A DNA stretch of 48,593 nucleotides, from positions 1 through 48,593 of the forward strand of contig CAZYUV010000001.1 in assembly GCA_964650625.1 (NCBI GenBank), read 5' to 3'. Position numbers and translations under genes: made by a program. The notes under the pieces are model-generated. The model was given only the letters and a program-made list of their open reading frames with translations. It did not search any database and was not told where the DNA came from. Each line of letters starts with the position of its first letter. Position 1 is the stretch's first letter. This stretch comes from an uncultured bacterium (GTDB taxonomy: Bacteria; Muiribacteriota; UBA6191). Below, in pieces: positions 8,599 through 17,414 of the stretch.

Positions 8599-10080
8599 TT
8601 AATCTCTCCAAAACGTTGGGGTGAATAAAACCAGCACCGTAAATAGTTCTAATCTTCCCAAAAGCATCAGGAAAGCTAAAACCCACTTACCAAAATCGCT
8701 AATATCTGCAAAATTATCAGTTGGGCCTATTGATCCAAAAGCGGGTCCAATATTTCCAAGACAGGTCGCGGTTGCGGCGCTAGCGCTAATCAGGTCTAAG
8801 CCAGTGGATGCCATAAGAACCGTCCCAATCATGAATGAAAGTGCATAAAGTATAAAGAAACCTAATACTCCCTTAATGACATTATCTTTTACCATTTGAC
8901 GATTGACTTTAAGATTCAATATAGCTTGAGGATGGATTAACTGATTAATCTGTTGATAAGCAAACTTACAAAATATAACTAAACGTATTATTTTAATGCC
9001 ACCGGTAGTAGAACCTGCACATCCACCTGTGAAGAATAAACAGAATAGTATTGCCTGACAAACTATAGGCCATTGCTCATAATCAACAGTAGCAAACCCT
9101 GTACCTGTAATTAGCGCTATGGTTGTAAATAAAACATCTCTAACACATAGAAATAAATCTATATAGATCCCTTTAAAAAACAAGATAGCTACTAGTAGGG
9201 ATACTACGGAGATTATAAAAAATAGATATGATTTGAACTCCGTATCTGTCCATATGGAAGAAAATTTCAACCTAGAAAATTGATAATGTAGAGCAAAGTT
9301 AACGCCAGAAGCCAACATGAAGACAATGATTATAAAATGTATCCATGAACTATCGTAATGCGCAACACTAGCATTATGAGGTGAAAAGCCGCCCGATGAC
9401 AATGTGGATAATGAATGACATACTGCGCTAAAGAAGTCCATTCCAGCTATCCAGAGCAATAAACATTCTACAAGGGTCAAAAAAATATACGTTTGATACA
9501 GAATTTTAGCCGTATCGCGAATACGTGGAGTTAATTTATCGCTCACAGGACCGGGTACCTCAGCTCTAAACAACTGCATACCACCAATTCCAAGAACAGG
9601 AAGAATAGCTAAGCTCATAACAATGATACCCATTCCACCTATCCACTGAGTTATATTTCCCCAAAGTAATATTCCTTTAGAATGTGAAGCAATATCACGA
9701 AAAACGTTTGATCCCGTAGTTGTAAAACCCGACATTGTTTGAAAAAAAGCATCCGTATAACTATGACCAACAAATACATAAGGAAGTGCGCCAAAAATAG
9801 TAAAAACAACCCAAACTAAAGCCACAATTGAAAAGCCTTCTCGTGTAGACATGTCCGCATTTGATGCAAAGATTTTACTTAGAAAAAAACCTATAGCAAA
9901 AGTAAAAATAGCCGGAATTATGAATGCAATCCAATCATTTTCACCGAAACTGAATGTGGCTATAAGCGGAACAAGCATAGCCACAGAAAGACCCATCAGA
10001 AGCTTACCAATGGTAAAAAGAATGATTCTGGTGTTCAGCAGATAGGAGCGCTGAAAAAGTTGCTTGTTTAGGCTCTGCAT
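8599..10080 (-). CDS. trkH: TrkH-family potassium uptake permease
   Basis: Four pore-loop motifs (MSGFTTTGS, LSSGGFSP, ITGTGFAT, CAGSTTGGIK) separated by pairs of hydrophobic helices. 493 aa. Confidence 0.9.
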   Translation of the reverse strand: MQSLNKQLFQRSYLLNTRIILFTIGKLLMGLSVAMLVPLIATFSFGENDWIAFIIPAIFTFAIGFFLSKIFASNADMSTREGFSIVALVWVVFTIFGALPYVFVGHSYTDAFFQTMSGFTTTGSNVFRDIASHSKGILLWGNITQWIGGMGIIVMSLAILPVLGIGGMQLFRAEVPGPVSDKLTPRIRDTAKILYQTYIFLTLVECLLLWIAGMDFFSAVCHSLSTLSSGGFSPHNASVAHYDSSWIHFIIIVFMLASGVNFALHYQFSRLKFSSIWTDTEFKSYLFFIISVVSLLVAILFFKGIYIDLFLCVRDVLFTTIALITGTGFATVDYEQWPIVCQAILFCLFFTGGCAGSTTGGIKIIRLVIFCKFAYQQINQLIHPQAILNLKVNRQMVKDNVIKGVLGFFILYALSFMIGTVLMASTGLDLISASAATATCLGNIGPAFGSIGPTDNFADISDFGKWVLAFLMLLGRLELFTVLVLFTPTFWRD

Positions 10081-10219
10081 ATAACAAAATTTGGCCCATA
10101 ATAGGGCCGCTGATCTTAAATTTCAAATGCTATTTTCATACTTAAACGTGATTATTTTCAAATTGTATTAAAACATATGCAAATTCATATCGTAATGATA
10201 TTCTAAACCACTCGTTCAA

Positions 10220-11071
10220 TTGGCCAAAATTATGTCTAAGAATTCAAGATTCGAATTAGGTAAAGACCTAGCGATAGTTCATAGTAAATCAGAAGAAAAA
10301 AATGCTTCGACAGTTAACACTAAAGAAGTTCCCAGAAACTCACGTCAGAAACTAAGAGGTTACTATAGATTTCAACTAGCTTGGAGATTTTTTCTTAGTG
10401 CCTTAAAAACAAAGAATATAAGGCAACAATATGATGCATTTTCTGAGCATTACTTTGATTTATTTGGACAAAGTCAATTGAACTACGCTCAGTATCTAGT
10501 AGAGTTTGTAAGTGAATTAGTAGAAAATAATCAAAATCGTATTCTTGATCTAGGTGCAGGTACCGGAATTCTTAGTTTTCCATTATCTAAGCGAAGTAAA
10601 CAATTAGTCGCTGTAGACTTTTCTTTCAAAATGCTAAAAAAAGGACTTGATTCGACTTCTAAGGGGGAATCCATTGAGTGGCAACAAGCTAATGTATGTA
10701 ATCTCCCTTTCGAATCCAAAACCTTTGATGTTGTAATTTCCTGTGGCTTGATAACCCATATTGTTCCAGATCATTTTGAAGCATTCATTGCAGAAATGAG
10801 TCGGGTAGTCACTCAAGATGGACACGTTGTAATTAGTGTACCGCCCCTACCATGGAGACGGGTGTTTCTACAAAAATGTCCTTTAAAACCTAATCTGATA
10901 GATAAAACTATAGCTTATTTTTACAATAGATTTCACAGGAAATTAGGCATGAACGAGAGTAGATGTGGTTACGATCGAAAACTAATAAAAGATGTTTTTC
11001 TCAAATACGGCTTAGAAGTTGAATTTCACCTTATGGGTAATATGGGACTTATTCACGCAACAAAACATTAA
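10220..11071 (+). CDS. class I SAM-dependent methyltransferase
   Basis: Motif I ILDLGAGTGILS, post-I VAVDFS, and FDVVISCGLITHI. The track start is TTG; the ATG at 10232 is likely. Confidence 0.8.
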   Translation: MAKIMSKNSRFELGKDLAIVHSKSEEKNASTVNTKEVPRNSRQKLRGYYRFQLAWRFFLSALKTKNIRQQYDAFSEHYFDLFGQSQLNYAQYLVEFVSELVENNQNRILDLGAGTGILSFPLSKRSKQLVAVDFSFKMLKKGLDSTSKGESIEWQQANVCNLPFESKTFDVVISCGLITHIVPDHFEAFIAEMSRVVTQDGHVVISVPPLPWRRVFLQKCPLKPNLIDKTIAYFYNRFHRKLGMNESRCGYDRKLIKDVFLKYGLEVEFHLMGNMGLIHATKH

Positions 11072-11107
11072 ATTGGTTTGAATATAAGAAATAAATTTGC
11101 TTTAAAT

Positions 11108-12649
11108 CTATTCAAACAAAATATCTCCGTCCATTTCACTAGGTATTTCAACATCAAGCGCATGAAGCATTGTAGGTGCTATATCAGCCAGTTTACCCCC
11201 ACTCTTTAATTTGCCAAATCTTTTGTCTCCAGGTCTAGGAACGTGAATAAAATCAACTTGATTCAAAGAGTGATTGGTCAAGACTTGCCCCGTATTATGA
11301 TCAATCATTTCATCTAAATTACCATGGTCAGCCGTTATAAAAGTGGAACCTCCGACGGAAGCCATAGCTTTTAATAATTGTTCTACACAATCATCAACTA
11401 TACTAACAGCTTTGATTGCAGCTTCTAAATTGCCCGTATGACCGACCATATCTGGATTGGCATAGTTAACCGCTAAAAAATCATACTGATAAGAGTCAAT
11501 GGCACCCAATAGAGCTTTAGTGACTTCTTCAGCTGACATTTCAGGTTTAAGGTCATAAGTCGCTACTTTTGGGGAAGGAATTATTTGATGTTTTTCACCA
11601 TCAAACTCCTTCTCATGTCCGCCATTCATAAAATATGTTATATGAGCATACTTTTCAGTTTCAGCTATTTTAAACTGGCGCATCCCTTTATTACAAAAAA
11701 CCTCTGCTAATGTATTTCCCAAGTTTTTCTTCGTATAAATTACGGGAACGGTGAGTTCAGACGAATAAGGAGTCATTATCGTAAAGTGTAAATTCAATTC
11801 CCTTGCATTGAAATGAGTGAAGTTATTATTTTCTAGTGCAAAGGATATTTGGCGCGCACGATCAGGACGAAAATTCATAAATAAAGCGGCATCGCCTGAT
11901 TGAATGCATCCTTCAGTATTAATTACAGTAGGCTCGATAAATTCATCGGTAATACCTTTAACATATGAATCTTCTATGCATTTTTTAGAACTTTTTGAAT
12001 ACTCTCCCTTTCCTAACACTATTGCGTCATAAGCCTTTTTGGTCCTATCCCAATTTTTATCGCGATCCATTGCATAATAACGACCACTAATAGTAGCTAT
12101 TTCGCCTACTCCAATGAGATTCATCTTTTCTTCAAGTGTAGCTATATAATCCGCACCACTTTCAGGGAAAGTATCTCTTCCATCTGTTATGACATGTACG
12201 AAAACTTTATCAATTCCAGCTTTTTTAAGTAATTTCAGAACACCATAAAAATGATTCTGATGAGAGTGAACACCCCCATCAGATACCAAACCTAATAAAT
12301 GTACACGACCCCTATTAATAGATTGCTTAAGAAAAGCCGCCATATTCTGCTGTTTTTCAAATTCACCAGTTTCTAAATCTCTGTTTATTCTAGGTAGATC
12401 TTGATATACAGTACGACCACTTCCAATATTCATGTGACCTACTTCGGAGTTACCCATTTGACCTTCAGGAAGTCCGACGGCCTCCCCGCCAGGCTCTAAA
12501 CTAGTCCAATAATTTTGATTTAATAACCTTTTATAACATTTGGGGTCTGCTAATTTTACCGCGTTGCCCCTCAACTTATCGCTAATACCCCAGCCATCCC
12601 TAATAATTAACAGCCCTGGGTGTTTGATAACGGGCTTCGTTTGACTCAT
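11108..12649 (-). CDS. gpmI: 2,3-bisphosphoglycerate-independent phosphoglycerate mutase
   Basis: LIIRDGWG...GNSEVGHMNIGSGR, ITDGRDT and ADHGN metal-site motifs are collinear with iPGM. 513 aa. Confidence 0.95.
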   Translation of the reverse strand: MSQTKPVIKHPGLLIIRDGWGISDKLRGNAVKLADPKCYKRLLNQNYWTSLEPGGEAVGLPEGQMGNSEVGHMNIGSGRTVYQDLPRINRDLETGEFEKQQNMAAFLKQSINRGRVHLLGLVSDGGVHSHQNHFYGVLKLLKKAGIDKVFVHVITDGRDTFPESGADYIATLEEKMNLIGVGEIATISGRYYAMDRDKNWDRTKKAYDAIVLGKGEYSKSSKKCIEDSYVKGITDEFIEPTVINTEGCIQSGDAALFMNFRPDRARQISFALENNNFTHFNARELNLHFTIMTPYSSELTVPVIYTKKNLGNTLAEVFCNKGMRQFKIAETEKYAHITYFMNGGHEKEFDGEKHQIIPSPKVATYDLKPEMSAEEVTKALLGAIDSYQYDFLAVNYANPDMVGHTGNLEAAIKAVSIVDDCVEQLLKAMASVGGSTFITADHGNLDEMIDHNTGQVLTNHSLNQVDFIHVPRPGDKRFGKLKSGGKLADIAPTMLHALDVEIPSEMDGDILFE

Positions 12650-12823
12650 TGAATTCCTTTTGTAACTTTACTAGATTGTCAACATACTAATACACTAGAC
12701 TAAGAGTAAAACTAATATCAAATAAAGTTGCTAAAAACTCTGTCGACCCTGCTTCGTTTAGTCGAAGTAGACAAAGAAAGGCGTTTTCTGTTTCCTTTTG
12801 ATCACAAACTGCTGGAATAAGCC

Positions 12824-14713
12824 ATGGCAATTAAGTACAACAAAAATGTTCAGATAATGGATTTGGGGACTCATACCATCAAGTTCGGTGTCTTCAAAAT
12901 AACTAAAGAAGAAGAAGTGGTTGCCGAATCAAGGCATGAGTACAAAATACCTCAGACCTACTCTGGTGTTGATGTATACATTGAGTCCATAGGAACCTAT
13001 CTTAACGATATTTCTGAACAAATTGATAAAAAGCTTCCTATCAGATTTGTAGCTTCGTCTATTTTTGCGCCTACTAACTTGGCATATTTAACGCGTATTG
13101 ACAAAGATCAGGTTCAAACTCGAATTAAAGAAGAACTAGAAAAATTTGCGAATCAAGAAAAAATACCGCCTGAAATCGAACATAATCGCTTTATAGAATT
13201 ATTCACTAAAGATATTGAAACAAGATCACAGGTGATCGCAGCAACCATACTTATGAATCCAAAGTACGTAGGTATGCTAAGAGATAAAGTGAATAAGTTG
13301 GGTTTAAAGTTTGGTGGAGTTTATCCTTTATTACAAACGACACTTGCGCTTTACAAGCGTCTATTAACATTCGAAGAATCTATAAATGATGAACCTGTAG
13401 TTTTTGTTGATATTGGATATCTTACCACCAAAGTAAATTTATTCTTTCAGGGACAACTGCTGTTCAACAAAGTTTTGCATTATGGATCCAAAAGTTTCTA
13501 TGACGAGCTATATGATTTTGCTAGCAAATCTGGTGAAGCCGCACTTTCAGGTAGCGAAGTAGAAAGTATTTTGCATAAAGTAGGTTTTTCTGGAGAAGTA
13601 GACTTAGTTAATCAAATGGGTTTTGATATTAATGATCCAAAGCCTTATCTAGACAATATGTCAAAGACACTAGGTTCGATTTTTTCAAAGGTAAACTCAT
13701 CCATTAATTATTTTACCTCGGCACTAGCACGAAATTTTACTGCAGACAATAATGCGTTCATGACTATTCGCAAAGGCCCTACGCGAATATTTTTCTCTGG
13801 TGGAATAATTAATGCACCAGAATTTTTACAAATCGCTCAAGAAAACTTCAAAGCAAAACTACATGCTTTTCAACCATTTGATGTTGCCGAAACTCTCAAG
13901 CAAGAACCTAATACATTTGAGCGAGAAGAGTTTCGTATGAAATTACGAACTGAAAATCACTTCATCGACTGTTCATCTACATCTATAGTTAGCTTAGATA
14001 GCAAGGCTACTAATATCAATTTAGTGAAAAAGGTTGATAGTGAAAATGAAAACCCTATTCAAGTACTGCGTAAGCTACCACTAGTCAAATGGCGTTTAAT
14101 CCTTGGGGTAATACTTACAATTCTAGTTCTCCAAACAGGTGTTAACTATCTACAAGTAAGTAGTGAATGGAATAAATTAAAGCGCAAAAATAGAGCTCTT
14201 AAGCGTGCTACTGATGGTACCGAAATGGCTAGAGCTCAATTGAAAAATCTTAAACTGGAAGACATATTATACAAAGCACAAATAGGCTACATTAAGAAGG
14301 TCATGGAAAATCATGCTTATTATCCAAGGGTTTTGAAAACACTTATGACCAAACTTGGACCAGATATTAAACTTAACGCTCTAGAATTTAAATCCATTGT
14401 CCCAACATTCAAGCCAGGTAGTTACAAAAAATGGGCCGAGTCGCAAAGGGAAAAAGACAATCCATGGACTAAGCTGGAGATCGAATGGAAAATGGAAGGC
14501 GATGCTCTACAGAGAACATCTATAACCGCTTTGATAAAGAAACTTACTGAAACTGGCATTTTTTATATTCCAAAACCACCCGATCAAAAATTTGTCCCGC
14601 GCCAAGAAATCAAAAAACCAGGCTCGAAAAAGGGAGAGGAAGAATATCAGGAAATAGCAGCACATTATGAGTTCTCCATGGAAGGAACTCTAAGATTGGA
14701 TAATCCCCTATGA
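12824..14713 (+). CDS. PilM-like actin-fold ATPase fused to a PilN-like transmembrane/periplasmic module (GspL-like architecture)
   Basis: ASKHA motifs MDLGTHTIKFGVF, VVFVDIGYLTTKV and IFFSGGIINAPEF lie in PilM/FtsA order within the first ~380 aa. One TM helix WRLILGVILTILVLQTGVNYL (nt ~14090-14152). This is followed by a coiled coil and a ~130-aa alpha/beta domain, as in PilN. Confidence 0.6.
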   Translation: MAIKYNKNVQIMDLGTHTIKFGVFKITKEEEVVAESRHEYKIPQTYSGVDVYIESIGTYLNDISEQIDKKLPIRFVASSIFAPTNLAYLTRIDKDQVQTRIKEELEKFANQEKIPPEIEHNRFIELFTKDIETRSQVIAATILMNPKYVGMLRDKVNKLGLKFGGVYPLLQTTLALYKRLLTFEESINDEPVVFVDIGYLTTKVNLFFQGQLLFNKVLHYGSKSFYDELYDFASKSGEAALSGSEVESILHKVGFSGEVDLVNQMGFDINDPKPYLDNMSKTLGSIFSKVNSSINYFTSALARNFTADNNAFMTIRKGPTRIFFSGGIINAPEFLQIAQENFKAKLHAFQPFDVAETLKQEPNTFEREEFRMKLRTENHFIDCSSTSIVSLDSKATNINLVKKVDSENENPIQVLRKLPLVKWRLILGVILTILVLQTGVNYLQVSSEWNKLKRKNRALKRATDGTEMARAQLKNLKLEDILYKAQIGYIKKVMENHAYYPRVLKTLMTKLGPDIKLNALEFKSIVPTFKPGSYKKWAESQREKDNPWTKLEIEWKMEGDALQRTSITALIKKLTETGIFYIPKPPDQKFVPRQEIKKPGSKKGEEEYQEIAAHYEFSMEGTLRLDNPL

Positions 14714-15453
14714 ATCCAGACCTTATCATAAAGAAACATCTTCAGATACTGGGAGGTATCATCGTTGTTTGGTTTCTTTTCGCAGACGACTTTCTTTTAG
14801 GGCAAATGCCAAAAGATATAAGAAGATTCAAAAGTAGCATAAAGAAATATACTGAAGAGAAAAGAAAATTCGAAGATTTAGTCGCGACAAGAGACTCTGT
14901 CAAAAGTAGCATCGAAGAATCAAATGAAAACTTGCGTGATTTATTCGACAGATTTCCAAAAGAAGGAACAGCCGAGAACAATATTAATGCCACAGTCACA
15001 AAAATCACTGAACAGATTATTGTTCAAAATGATCAGTTAAAACCTAAAGTAACAAAAGAATATATCGCCAAAGGTGTCGATACTTACTCTGTACCAGAAG
15101 TGAAGTCGGGCGACATGCAAATGCAAGTAGATAATTCCATTATGATTTCTTCCTATGTACAAGAAATGGAAATCCGCTGCAATTATTTTGAATTGCTAAA
15201 ATTTCTCCACGATATAACTACTCAGGATCTTTATTTTTTAGTCACCGAACTAGCACTAAAGCCTTACAAAGACTTACCGTATGGAATTGATGCTAAGGTG
15301 AGTTTACTTACTTTCGGATTTGAAGGTTTTAAGGATAGAGAACAAAACGATCTACTGATTCAGCTTCGTGAACAACAAAGTGAGAACGAGTCTGAAGAAG
15401 AAGATAGTTCTGAAGATGATGAAGAAAGCGACTACGAAGAAGAGTTTTATTGA
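14710..15453 (+). CDS. PilO/GspM-like bitopic membrane protein with poly-acidic C-terminal tail
   Basis: ATGA overlap with the upstream gene. Short N-terminus, TM helix (LQILGGIIVVWFLFADDFLLG), coiled coil, then an alpha/beta domain (YFELLKFLHDITTQDLYFLVTELALKP...). The tail is SENESEEEDSSEDDEESDYEEEFY. Confidence 0.4.
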   Translation: MNPDLIIKKHLQILGGIIVVWFLFADDFLLGQMPKDIRRFKSSIKKYTEEKRKFEDLVATRDSVKSSIEESNENLRDLFDRFPKEGTAENNINATVTKITEQIIVQNDQLKPKVTKEYIAKGVDTYSVPEVKSGDMQMQVDNSIMISSYVQEMEIRCNYFELLKFLHDITTQDLYFLVTELALKPYKDLPYGIDAKVSLLTFGFEGFKDREQNDLLIQLREQQSENESEEEDSSEDDEESDYEEEFY

Positions 15454-16216
15454 GTCTATAAGTCTTATATCTGTATGCTTTAATCAAGTCGATTATCTTG
15501 ACGATTTTTTCAACTCTTTCCTGCAAGTTTATGGGGAAATGCCCTATCCAATTTTGATAGCCGATAATGCCAGTCAAGATGATAGTTATAAACGCTTAAA
15601 ATACTGGAAAAATATTCTTGGTGATAATGTAAGACTTATCAGAAACACAGAGAATGTTGGTTTTGCGAAAGCGAATAATCAGCTTGCAAAAATTTGTGAG
15701 AGTGATTTATTAGTTTTCTTGAATCCAGATGTAACATTCAATACTGACTTCATAAACCCCTGCGCTCAAACATCTAAATTATTCCAAGCACTCATTGCAC
15801 CGAAGTTGTGTGACGCAATTCATGGTCACTACAAACACTATGCCCCGTTTCCAGATGACCCAATGGGTTTGTTGAAAGAAATAGGCTATTTATTTTTACC
15901 TTATTTTGAAACTATATCCGTAGATTGGCTTCAAGGAGCTTGCTGGTTTTTACCTCGTACAGTTTTTAATGAGATAAATGGTTTCGATGAGTCATATTTC
16001 TTATATACAGAGGATCTAGAGTTTTGTAGAAATCTAAAAGACAAAGGCATACCAAGATTTTTGATGAACACCCAAAGGGTTTATCATCCTCGGACTCGAG
16101 TCAGCCAAGAAAAGCAAAAAATTATTGATCAAAACTTGGAATATTATTTTCGTAATCGTGATCAAAGCCCATGGCTATTGCGAAATTTTTTAAGACAAGT
16201 CTTCTCCATACGATGA
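15368..16216 (+). CDS. glycosyltransferase family 2 (GT-A fold)
   Basis: ISVCFNQ...LIADNASQDDS...VGFAKANN...YTEDLEFC are GT2 motifs. The start is most likely ATG 15416 or 15419; no in-frame ATG/GTG/TTG lies between 15419 and the first GT-A strand. The gene therefore starts inside the preceding ORF. Confidence 0.85.
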   Translation: MNNKVRTSLKKKIVLKMMKKATTKKSFIESISLISVCFNQVDYLDDFFNSFLQVYGEMPYPILIADNASQDDSYKRLKYWKNILGDNVRLIRNTENVGFAKANNQLAKICESDLLVFLNPDVTFNTDFINPCAQTSKLFQALIAPKLCDAIHGHYKHYAPFPDDPMGLLKEIGYLFLPYFETISVDWLQGACWFLPRTVFNEINGFDESYFLYTEDLEFCRNLKDKGIPRFLMNTQRVYHPRTRVSQEKQKIIDQNLEYYFRNRDQSPWLLRNFLRQVFSIR

Positions 16217-16237
16217 GTATTAAGATATAATCTAGTC

Positions 16238-17401
16238 ATGCGGATTTTACTGCAAGCGCGCAGCAATTTGTGGTCTAAACCTGGCGGCGATAGTATACAG
16301 GTATCGTCACTTGCCAAAGGACTTAGAGAAATCGGTCACGATGTTGAAATCGATCTAAGTGTAAACAGAAGACTAGATAACTTTGATTTAGTACATTGTT
16401 TTAACATCAGTAGGATTCAAGAAACTTACCAACAGGTTTTGAACGCAGAGCGACAAGCTAAACACTTTGTATTAACACCCATATTCCAGAATTTGACGGA
16501 GTACAATTTAAGAGGTCGTTATGGTTTGGGTGGTTATTTTGCTGCAAGATTGTCCTATGAAACTGCAGAACAGTTACGAAATACTTACTTATGGCTCCGT
16601 AAAGAAAGTTCTCATGACGCCTGTAAATCAATTTGGCAAGACGGTTATCTCCATGCGGTACGCCATGTTTTGAATAATGCCCAAGGAATTATTCATAGCA
16701 GTAGTTTAGAAAATAACGAAATACAACATTTTTTCAAACCTTTTCGAAAAGCACCCTTCACGAAAATACCCGTTGGTATGGATTTAACGGAACTAGATCA
16801 GTCGGACTTAAGTTTTTGCCAACAACTTGGTCTGAAAAACTATGTTCTATGTGTTGGTCGTATTGAAGATTTAAAGAATCAACATCGTATAATACAAGCA
16901 TTGAAACGAGCTCCTCATCTACCCCTAGTTTTTATAGGTTTTCCAAACCCCAATCATCGAAGCTACGTAAGACAGTTTATGTCGATGGTTCGCGCTCGCA
17001 GAAATACATTTTGGTTTAAAGACCTTGATAGACAATCAATTCTAAGTGCGATAAGAGGCGCTAGAGTTCATATTTTAGCGTCTTTTTTCGAGACAACAGG
17101 ACTTGCCAACCTAGAAGCAGCTTATCTTGACACGTCTGTAGTTAGTACTAATCAAGGATATTGCCAAGAAATTTTTGGAAAATATGCAATTTATTGTGAT
17201 CCATTCAACGAAAATTCAATACTGAAAGCCACCCTTGAAGCTTGGTCTACAAAACCTGTTGCAGATACGAGAAATTGGATAAAGAATCGTTTTTGCTATA
17301 AAGTTTGTGCCTTGAAACATGTAAATTTTTATGAAAAAATGCGAAGTCAGACGAAAGATGTACATCCATTGAATGATAGAAACTTATTTATAAATAAATA
17401 A
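16238..17401 (+). CDS. glycosyltransferase family 4 (GT-B fold)
   Basis: N-terminus MRILLQARSNLWSKPGGDSIQVSSLAKGL, and C-terminal FFETTGLANLEAAYLDTSVVSTNQG (E-x7-E-like region). Confidence 0.8.
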   Translation: MRILLQARSNLWSKPGGDSIQVSSLAKGLREIGHDVEIDLSVNRRLDNFDLVHCFNISRIQETYQQVLNAERQAKHFVLTPIFQNLTEYNLRGRYGLGGYFAARLSYETAEQLRNTYLWLRKESSHDACKSIWQDGYLHAVRHVLNNAQGIIHSSSLENNEIQHFFKPFRKAPFTKIPVGMDLTELDQSDLSFCQQLGLKNYVLCVGRIEDLKNQHRIIQALKRAPHLPLVFIGFPNPNHRSYVRQFMSMVRARRNTFWFKDLDRQSILSAIRGARVHILASFFETTGLANLEAAYLDTSVVSTNQGYCQEIFGKYAIYCDPFNENSILKATLEAWSTKPVADTRNWIKNRFCYKVCALKHVNFYEKMRSQTKDVHPLNDRNLFINK

Positions 17402-17414
17402 TGGTTATTCATGT

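Noticed and set aside
10081-10219. Possible riboswitch (for example a c-di-AMP class) in the leader of trkH. A small hairpin GGCCC-ATAATA-GGGCC lies at 10093-10108.
   Set aside because: The 139-nt region is very AT-rich and lacks the multiple conserved GC-rich helices expected of a K+-transporter riboswitch. A single 5-bp hairpin is not evidence.
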